Position numbers and translations under genes: made by a program. Positions 29,416 through 36,168 of a stretch of 36,168 nucleotides of DNA are shown here, piece after piece. Location: NCBI GenBank assembly GCA_944390645.1, contig CALXRE010000095.1, forward strand, positions 1 through 36,168, given 5' to 3'. The notes beneath the pieces are model-generated. The model saw only the letters and a list, made by a program, of their open reading frames with translations, made no database searches and was not told the DNA's origin. The first letter of the stretch is position 1. Each line of letters begins with the position of its first letter. Source of the stretch: an uncultured Alphaproteobacteria bacterium. Its GTDB lineage: Bacteria; Pseudomonadota; Alphaproteobacteria; CACZRW01.

Positions 29416-30189
29416 TCATAAGGAAATCGGTAAAAAAGACTTCTTAAAAGACATCTTAGATAAACGATCTGAAACAAATAAAACAGTTTCTTCTGGATAT
29501 ATAGTCTTTATCTCTGAAACTGGTTTCTTCTGGTCTAAAAGCTCTTTTAATATCTTATCTAGTAAAGAATAGGGTGGAAGAGTGTCTTCGTCTTTTTGTC
29601 CGCTAGAAAGTTCTGCTGAGGGAAAACGACAAATAATCTCTTCGGGTATGACTTTAGATATTTTGTTCCTCCAACGCGCTAAATCGTAAACTTCTGTTTT
29701 ATAAAGATTCCCTATAGGGCTAACTACTCCTACGGTATCTCCATAAAGAGTACAGTAACCCATAGCTGCTTCTGAACGATTGCTACAACACAAAGTGAGC
29801 CAATTATATTCATTCGAAAAAGACATTAAAATATTCCCTCTTACTCGAGCTTGAATATTTTCGCTTACTAATGGCTCAACCTCTGAAAATAAATTAGAAA
29901 AAAGTTCGTTATACTCATCGATAATTTTTTGAATCTCTATAACCCGAAAATCTAAATCTAAGTTATTAGCTAATAAACTGGCAAGCTCTATACTTAAAGG
30001 CGTAGTATATTTGCTCGGCATCATAAGACAATGTACCCTGTCTTTACCTAAAGCATCTGATGCTAAAACACTTACAACCGCAGAATCTATACCTCCTGAA
30101 AGTCCTAAAACAACATCCGTAAATCCTCTTTCTTTAATAAAATCGTATAAGGATTCTTTTAAAAAATTCCATCTATTTTCTAAATCCAT
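29416..30189 (-). CDS. nadE: NAD+ synthetase, synthetase domain only
   Basis: LGLSGGIDS PP-loop, ENIQARVRG, NRSE..GYCTLYGD, YKTEVY, PSAEL..GQKDED; no glutaminase domain. Confidence 0.9.
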   Translation of the reverse strand: MDLENRWNFLKESLYDFIKERGFTDVVLGLSGGIDSAVVSVLASDALGKDRVHCLMMPSKYTTPLSIELASLLANNLDLDFRVIEIQKIIDEYNELFSNLFSEVEPLVSENIQARVRGNILMSFSNEYNWLTLCCSNRSEAAMGYCTLYGDTVGVVSPIGNLYKTEVYDLARWRNKISKVIPEEIICRFPSAELSSGQKDEDTLPPYSLLDKILKELLDQKKPVSEIKTIYPEETVLFVSDRLSKMSFKKSFLPISL

Positions 30190-30202
30190 TAAGATTTGAC
30201 TC

Positions 30203-30580
30203 CTAATTATCTTCCTTTTTTACTGTATAAGATGCTTCTATAACTTCAGGTCGTTTCTTGTAGTATTTTTTCATGCTTTGAAAATTTAAAAAGGAAAAAG
30301 AAATACCTAATAAAACTAAAATCCCGTATAAAATATAAGGCCAAAAAAATAAAAAAACTGAAGCTAAAATCGACCAACCCCATACTTCTACGGCTCCATA
30401 TACTCCAGCTAAAGGACCAATACCTGGAATAAAAACTAAAATTAATGCCGCAAACAAGGCAAAAACCCAATGTAGTCCAAAAAAATATAAAATCCCATCA
30501 ATCGAAGCAATAATTTGAATTAAGCTAATAAATAAATAAGAAATAATAAAAAATAAAATTAGTCCAAAACGCCAATTCAT
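30203..30580 (-). CDS. Small hypothetical membrane protein
   Basis: About three hydrophobic segments with IPGIGPLAGVYGAVEVWGWS and a basic tail; AAAGGA RBS. Confidence 0.75.
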   Translation of the reverse strand: MNWRFGLILFFIISYLFISLIQIIASIDGILYFFGLHWVFALFAALILVFIPGIGPLAGVYGAVEVWGWSILASVFLFFWPYILYGILVLLGISFSFLNFQSMKKYYKKRPEVIEASYTVKKEDN

Positions 30581-30673
30581 ACCTTGATCCTTTATATTAA
30601 AATGTCCTGCCTTTGTTAATCTTGTTATTATTTTTTTCTTCTTTTGTCACTTGTTTTTTGTCTTTTCTTCCTC

Positions 30674-31372
30674 TTATAGCGGTTTTTTTAAACTTGTCCA
30701 AGGAGTAACCTGATAAGTATATTCATTTTCTAAGCTATTCATAAAATTATCTAAAAAATTAAGATCTTTAGAAACACAACTCTTCATTTCTAATATGAAA
30801 GATTCTATTTCTTTGTTCGTTGATGCTAATGCTTCTTTATCTTTTCCTATAATCGCATTGTTCCTTTTATTGTCTAAAAATTTCATATGAATAAAAAAGT
30901 CAGGATATTCTTTGAATCTATTAAAAAGATCTTTTAATGCTTCTACATCTTTATAACTATCGTCATCCTTTATAAAAGGAGAATAAGATAAAAAATTAAC
31001 ATCCTTCGCATCTCTTTCTATTGAATTCGTGTAAGTCTCTAAATGAGTCAAAATTACGGGTAAAAATTTTTGTGACTCATTTGGTGGATATCGGTTGCTT
31101 GATAAATTCTTTTGCATGTTTTCAAGATTCATATAAATGTAACTACTTTGGCGAAGTAAAGAATTGAAAAAATCTTCTTTGGCGTAAAAATAACCAACAT
31201 AAGTCGTACAAAAAGATACCATAAGACCAGAAAAAAAACCTATGTTTAAATTGTTCAGCATCTTTAAGTAAAAATTATCTTTATGTCGAATAAAAGGAAA
31301 AATAGCTAAAAGTAAAAAACTTATTATCATTAAAATAAATAAAACAATACAAGATATACGATAAATCTCCAT
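30674..31372 (-). CDS. Hypothetical protein with two N-terminal TM segments and a helical soluble domain
   Basis: 232-aa ORF with a strong GGGAGG RBS; no recognised motif; the C-terminus may be frameshifted (see findings). Confidence 0.7.
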   Translation of the reverse strand: MEIYRISCIVLFILMIISFLLLAIFPFIRHKDNFYLKMLNNLNIGFFSGLMVSFCTTYVGYFYAKEDFFNSLLRQSSYIYMNLENMQKNLSSNRYPPNESQKFLPVILTHLETYTNSIERDAKDVNFLSYSPFIKDDDSYKDVEALKDLFNRFKEYPDFFIHMKFLDNKRNNAIIGKDKEALASTNKEIESFILEMKSCVSKDLNFLDNFMNSLENEYTYQVTPWTSLKKPL

Positions 31373-31436
31373 GCTTTTCCCTCCCTTTTCCTAAAAGAGT
31401 ATAAAAAAGCTTTATAGAGGTAATCTAACTTTTAGA

Positions 31437-32414
31437 TTATAATTTCATAAAAGTTTCTATCCTTCGTACGCTTTCTTCTATTCTCGAAAGTGTTATCTCT
31501 CCAGATTTTATGCAGGATTTAATCGTTTCGTTTACTATGTCTGGAAGATTAGGAGAACAAAAAGCTTGATTGCTAAATAATAAAATATCTGCTCCAGCTT
31601 GTATGGCTTTTTTTATAATCGTAGATTCTGAATAATGGTCAGATAATGCCTTCATCTGTAAATCATCTGTAATTACAACCCCTGAAAAACCTATTTTCTC
31701 TCTTAAAAGGCTATTTATTGTCAAAAAAGAAAGAGAAGATGGATACTCTTTATCTATTTTGTTGTTGAAAACATGACTAACCATAACCGCTGTTTGGGGA
31801 AATTTTTTCGTAAGATAATAATAAGGTATCAGTTCTTCTTCTTTCCAGTCAGACGAAATATCTGTAAAACCTAAATGCGTATCTGTTCTTGAACTACCAT
31901 GACCAGGAAAGTGTTTTAAAGCCGTACGAATTCCTACTTCATTATGTGCTTTGATAAATTCTGAACTATACGAAATGACTTTATTATAGTCTGAACCAAA
32001 ACTCCTTTCTTTCCCAGAAATAATGGGAGAAAGATATTCTCTGGAAATATCAACAACAGGCGAAAGATTAAAATTAAAGCCTGCAGTTTTTAATTCTGTT
32101 GCCATTTGAAAATAAAGATCATGAGCCGTTGATAAAGAATATTGAGCGGAAACTTCTTTGGCAGAAGGATAATTTGTATAGCCATTACTCCTTTCTAAAC
32201 GTTGAACAAACCCGCCTTCTTGATCAATAGCTCGTAAAATATTGGAAAATTTACTTGTAAGCTCTCTTATCTGCGAAGGATCTTCTAAATTATTACGAAA
32301 AAAACATACTCCGCCTAACTTATTATTATGGTAATACTCTAATGTTGTTCGGAAATCAGTGTTCTGAAAACCTACCATAAGCATTAAAGAAATTTTTGAA
32401 TCTAAAGACAGCAT
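31437..32414 (-). CDS. nagZ: GH3 beta-N-acetylglucosaminidase (NagZ-like)
   Basis: AIDQEGG, PVVD, RSFG, KHFPGHG..DTH acid/base dyad, ITDDLQM nucleophile, AGADILL; no signal peptide. Confidence 0.88.
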   Translation of the reverse strand: MLSLDSKISLMLMVGFQNTDFRTTLEYYHNNKLGGVCFFRNNLEDPSQIRELTSKFSNILRAIDQEGGFVQRLERSNGYTNYPSAKEVSAQYSLSTAHDLYFQMATELKTAGFNFNLSPVVDISREYLSPIISGKERSFGSDYNKVISYSSEFIKAHNEVGIRTALKHFPGHGSSRTDTHLGFTDISSDWKEEELIPYYYLTKKFPQTAVMVSHVFNNKIDKEYPSSLSFLTINSLLREKIGFSGVVITDDLQMKALSDHYSESTIIKKAIQAGADILLFSNQAFCSPNLPDIVNETIKSCIKSGEITLSRIEESVRRIETFMKL

Positions 32415-33203
32415 CTATAAAGTATATGTCTTAATATTATAATTGTCTCTAGATATATTTCTCAGTATTTCAAAAGTTTTGCTCTGAGTATTAGATTTTA
32501 AAATAGATATTCTTGATACATAAGGGAAATATTTATCCATCAGAAACTTCTTGTTTATAGAAGATAAACCACTGGCGGAAATCATAAGCGGAATAAATAA
32601 ATCAGCTTTTATGGGTAAAGGAACTACTTTAGCTAATACTAAACGAGCCCTAATTACTTGCTCATTAAAAATAAACTTTTCTGAAGCTCGATTATTTAAA
32701 CAGCAAAAATCAAAATTATGAAGCTTTTGAATCTCTGTAGTCGTAATCTCTTGCGAAATAAAACTAGATATATCTTCTTTTTCGTTCGATGGCTTTAAAA
32801 GCGCCTCTTTAAAAAGGCTTAAAATCTTTTTATCTAAAGGAACAATGTCGGTAAAATAAATTCTTGCTTTCATTTGTTCCTTACTTAACTTTATTTCTGT
32901 GCCGTTTAAATAACGACGATCAAAAGATTTTATTCCTGCTTTGAGCATGTCTATGTATTCTTTACTTCTGGAAGGAGCTGATATCCTTAAATCCTCTTTC
33001 GATATAATGGCTAGCTCTTGGATCGTTAAATAACCTAAATTTAAATCCTTAAATTTTTCTCGACTATCTTTATATAAAGCTTCTTCGGTTTCCTTTAGCT
33101 TATAAGAAAAGACCGAGCGATATTCGGAGGCTTTTTCTTCTGGCGTTAAATCTTTGTCCATAAAAAAAAGTCTTGCTCTATTTAAAAAATTTCTAATTAA
33201 CAT
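32415..33203 (-). CDS. Hypothetical protein with a weak internal repeat
   Basis: 262-aa ORF with GAAGGA RBS; its stop abuts the nagZ ATG; no family recognised. Confidence 0.7.
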   Translation of the reverse strand: MLIRNFLNRARLFFMDKDLTPEEKASEYRSVFSYKLKETEEALYKDSREKFKDLNLGYLTIQELAIISKEDLRISAPSRSKEYIDMLKAGIKSFDRRYLNGTEIKLSKEQMKARIYFTDIVPLDKKILSLFKEALLKPSNEKEDISSFISQEITTTEIQKLHNFDFCCLNNRASEKFIFNEQVIRARLVLAKVVPLPIKADLFIPLMISASGLSSINKKFLMDKYFPYVSRISILKSNTQSKTFEILRNISRDNYNIKTYTL

Positions 33204-33273
33204 TGTTGTTCCTTCATAGTGTATATTTTTAATAAGAGGATATTGACATATTTTTTGCGAAAAATCAACGGGC

Positions 33274-33573
33274 TTATGGTTTTTGGCATAAATATTCTAC
33301 CCTGGTAGGCGTTAAAAGCGAACAATCCCAATGAACTTGACGATAAAATCTAGCAATCCTTCCTGTCTTTTTGCATTCTTGTTCAGCAATGTCTATAATC
33401 TGAGCTGGCTCACAACTTAGAGAATTATAACAAATTGATACCTTATCTAAATTTGAAGGTCCTATATTCCCTATTATTCCAGCTTCTCTCCTAGAATCAA
33501 CATATGGGTTGAACTGGCTGCAAGCAGATGTAAAAAGCAAAAAAAACAAAACTAAAAATAACAAATTCTTCAT
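33274..33573 (-). CDS. Small Cys-rich hypothetical lipoprotein
   Basis: Signal with lipobox TSAC; five more Cys (ICYN, SCE, ECK, DCSLLTP, LCQ). Confidence 0.75.
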   Translation of the reverse strand: MKNLLFLVLFFLLFTSACSQFNPYVDSRREAGIIGNIGPSNLDKVSICYNSLSCEPAQIIDIAEQECKKTGRIARFYRQVHWDCSLLTPTRVEYLCQKP

Positions 33574-33665
33574 AAAAACTACTCTTCTCTAAAAGAATAG
33601 TTCACAATAAGCGAAAATTGCTTTAAATACTATAAATAGTTTTATAATCTAATAAGGATTTTTCT

Positions 33666-34595
33666 ATGCCGAATAAAAAATACAGGCTGGTTACTAGAAG
33701 CGATTTCGATGGGCTAGTATGTGCGGTTTTATTAAAAGAAATCGATCTTATTGACGATATTTTGTTCGTTCATCCAAAAGATATGCAGGATGGAAAAATT
33801 GACGTATCCGATAATGATATAAGTACTAATTTACCTTATGTACAAGGAATTCACTTATGCTTCGACCATCATTATAGTGAAACTATTCGTAATGTTTCTC
33901 ACAAAAATCATATTATAAACCCAAATGCTCCTTCTGCCGCTAGAGTGGTGTACGATTATTATGGCGGAGAAAAAGTATTTAAAAATGTATCTAAAGATAT
34001 GATGGATGCTGTAGATAAAGCCGATATGGCAAAATTCTCTAGAGAAGAAATATTAAATCCTATTGGTTGGACATTGTTAAATTTTATAATGGATTCTCGA
34101 ACTGGTTTAGGTCGTCATCATGAGTTCCGTATCTCTAATTATCAGTTGATGATGAAACTAATAGACTTGTGTGGAAAAAAGTCTATTGATGATATCTTAA
34201 AAGATCCTGATGTACGAGAACGAATAGAGTTATATATGGAACATTATGTTCCTTCTATTGAACAACTTAAAAGATGCTCTTCTGTTCATGATAATCTCGT
34301 ATTAATAGACTTCTTAAAAGAAGAAAATATCTATGCTGGAAATCGTTTCATGATTTATGCTCTTTATCCTGAAGTCAATGTCTCTATGCATATCATGTGG
34401 GGAAGAGATAAAGAAATTGTCGTTTTTGCGTTAGGAAAATCAATAATTAATGATACTTGTAAAACTAATATAGGTAAGTTAATGCTAGAATATGGTGGGG
34501 GTGGGCATATTGCTGCTGGAACCTGCCAAATTCCTTTGGCTGATGCAAAAAGAGTTCAAAACGAACTTATTGAAATAATAAATAAAAATGGTTAA
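33666..34595 (+). CDS. DHH/DHHA1 phosphoesterase (nanoRNase / PggH-like), paralog 1
   Basis: RLVTRSDFDG, TNLP, FDHH, GGGGHIAAGTC. Confidence 0.85.
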   Translation: MPNKKYRLVTRSDFDGLVCAVLLKEIDLIDDILFVHPKDMQDGKIDVSDNDISTNLPYVQGIHLCFDHHYSETIRNVSHKNHIINPNAPSAARVVYDYYGGEKVFKNVSKDMMDAVDKADMAKFSREEILNPIGWTLLNFIMDSRTGLGRHHEFRISNYQLMMKLIDLCGKKSIDDILKDPDVRERIELYMEHYVPSIEQLKRCSSVHDNLVLIDFLKEENIYAGNRFMIYALYPEVNVSMHIMWGRDKEIVVFALGKSIINDTCKTNIGKLMLEYGGGGHIAAGTCQIPLADAKRVQNELIEIINKNG

Positions 34596-34636
34596 AATCG
34601 TATGTAGTTTCTAAGGCTAATAACAAGGAGCAAAAA

Positions 34637-35587
34637 ATGGCAGAAGATAAATATCGCTTAGTTACAAGAAGTGATTTTGATGGTTTGGTTAGTGCTCTTT
34701 TATTAAAAGAACTAGATTTGATTGATAATATTAAATTCGTTCATCCTAAAGATGTTCAAGACGGAATTATTGAAATAACTGAAAGTGATATAACAACTAA
34801 TTTGCCTTATGCTAATGGTGCTCATTATGCTTTTGATCACCATATTAGCGAGTTAGCTAGAGTAGGAATTAAAAGTAACTATATGTTAAATCCTACTGCT
34901 CCTTCTGCTGCTAGAGTTGTTTGGGATTGTTTCGGTGGTGCTGCTGGTTTCCCTAATATACCAGAAGAAATTATGAACGCAGTTGATCAAGCTGATTCTG
35001 CTAAATATACCGTCGAAGAAATTATGAACCCTTCTGGTTGGACTTTGTTGAGTTTTATTATGGACGCTAGAACTGGATTAGGTCGATTCCATAATTTTAG
35101 AATCTCAAACTATCAGTTAATGATGGATTTGATTGATTATTGTCGTAAATATTCTGTAGATGAAATACTGAAAATCCCTGATGTTAAGGAAAGAGTAGAT
35201 CTTTATTTTAAGTGTCAGGATGACTTTATTAAACAGTTGAAAAAAGTTACAACTATTCGTAAAAATTTAGCCTTCGTTGATTTACTAAATGAAGAAGTTA
35301 TTTTCCCTGGAAACCGCTTCATGGTTTACGCTCTATTCCCTGAAGTTAATGTTTCTATGCATGCTATGTGGAGAGTAAACGGACAACGTGTCGTTTTCGC
35401 CGTGGGAAAATCTATTATAAATCGCACAAATAAACTTAATATCGGTTCTTTGATGTTGAAATATAATGGAGGAGGACACTTTGCTGCTGGAACTTGTCAA
35501 ATAGATTTGGAAGATGCTGCTAAAGTCAGAGAAGAATTGATCGAAGTCTTAACGAATCCAGAAAATACTGAAAATAAAAACGATTAG
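34637..35587 (+). CDS. DHH/DHHA1 phosphoesterase (nanoRNase / PggH-like), paralog 2
   Basis: RLVTRSDFDG, TNLP, FDHH, NGGGHFAAGTC; AAGGAG RBS; aligns end to end with the preceding gene. Confidence 0.85.
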   Translation: MAEDKYRLVTRSDFDGLVSALLLKELDLIDNIKFVHPKDVQDGIIEITESDITTNLPYANGAHYAFDHHISELARVGIKSNYMLNPTAPSAARVVWDCFGGAAGFPNIPEEIMNAVDQADSAKYTVEEIMNPSGWTLLSFIMDARTGLGRFHNFRISNYQLMMDLIDYCRKYSVDEILKIPDVKERVDLYFKCQDDFIKQLKKVTTIRKNLAFVDLLNEEVIFPGNRFMVYALFPEVNVSMHAMWRVNGQRVVFAVGKSIINRTNKLNIGSLMLKYNGGGHFAAGTCQIDLEDAAKVREELIEVLTNPENTENKND

Positions 35588-35588
35588 T

Positions 35589-36167
35589 CTATACTAAGGG
35601 AATACCTGTTTCTGTCGTATTCTTTGAAACGGCATAAATTCCTTTTACATCTTTTATGAGTTTAAATCGAGAAGAAAAGCCTAATACTGTCTCATTTAAG
35701 CCTAAAAATAAACACCCGTCATCAGGCATTTCATTCGCAAACTTAGATAAAACTCTCGTCTTTAAAGGACTGTCAAAATTACGAATTACATAACGGCAAA
35801 ATATTACATCAAATTTCCCTAATGGAGATATGTCATCTAAAAGATTCCATCGTTTAAATTGTACCATGGCTCTTAAAGAATGGTCTATCTGCCAACGATC
35901 TTCTTTCTTGGTAAAATAATGCAATAAATCTTTTATTGGAAGTCCTCTTTGAACTTCAAATTGTGAATATAAACCTTCCCTTGCTTTACTTATCATGGAG
36001 GAAGAAATATCTATACCTACAAGTTCTATTTTCCAACCTGGATGCTTCTCTAAGGCTTCTTTAACTATCATCGCTAAAGAATAGGCTTCTTGTCCGCTTG
36101 ATGAACCTGCTGAAAGTATGCGTTTCTCTTTTGTATTGGATCTTTCTTTGAAAAAATCCGGAAGAAC
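35589..36167 (-). CDS. cheR: Chemotaxis protein-glutamate methyltransferase CheR (5' truncated by the window edge)
   Basis: The frame stays open past the ORF-track start to the edge: VLPDFF..RILSAGSSSGQEAYSLAM, then GIDIS, YSQFEVQRGLP, WNLL, FDVIFCR. Confidence 0.88.
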   Translation of the reverse strand, partial: VLPDFFKERSNTKEKRILSAGSSSGQEAYSLAMIVKEALEKHPGWKIELVGIDISSSMISKAREGLYSQFEVQRGLPIKDLLHYFTKKEDRWQIDHSLRAMVQFKRWNLLDDISPLGKFDVIFCRYVIRNFDSPLKTRVLSKFANEMPDDGCLFLGLNETVLGFSSRFKLIKDVKGIYAVSKNTTETGIPLV

Positions 36168-36168
36168 C

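Noticed and set aside
30246-30470. 74-aa alternative-frame ORF inside the 125-aa membrane protein gene
   Set aside because: Fully nested on the same strand with no support; the 125-aa frame has an RBS and a coherent TM pattern.
33250-33265. ATTTTT-TGCG-AAAAAT palindrome as a NagC/Mlc-like operator upstream of orphan-nagZ
   Set aside because: The arms are A/T runs, the spacing does not fit the NagC/Mlc pattern well, and no regulator is nearby.

Overview
AT-rich chromosomal window from an alphaproteobacterium, most like a reduced Rhodospirillales-type lineage (inferred from the RecA N-terminus, the HslV propeptide, fliQ-fliR-flhB-cckA-recA synteny and an alpha-type SOS box). The left half (1-16.9 kb) is conserved backbone: hslUV, HIT, comM/yifB, BON lipoprotein, yraN, rsmI, LppC/LpoA-like lipoprotein, hemW, rdgB, rph, grpE, fliQ, fliR, flhB, cckA, recA. 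Compared with alphaproteobacterial gene orders as I recall them, genes normally found at these positions are cleanly missing (his cluster, gshB, hrcA, and the usual neighbours at the grpE/fliQ junction). The right half (17-36 kb) holds an acyl-ACP thioesterase, tRNA-Thr(CGT), a four-gene MacAB-TolC-type exporter and a complete two-gene sugar PTS (EIIA-HPr-EI fusion plus a PtsG-like EIICB with an extra Cys-less EIIB-like domain). It also holds a CPA2 antiporter with RCK_C-like domains, a synthetase-only NadE, a NagZ-like GH3, several orphans, two tandem DHH/DHHA1 phosphoesterase paralogs and a partial CheR with altered motifs. I found no mobile element, CRISPR array, prophage or defence system. 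The best candidates for something undescribed are the PTS with the degenerate EIIB domain, the diverged tandem DHH pair beside the atypical CheR, a -1-frame extension at an A7 run, and an orphan with an internal repeat coupled to nagZ. All family calls come from motif recognition; no database searches were run.
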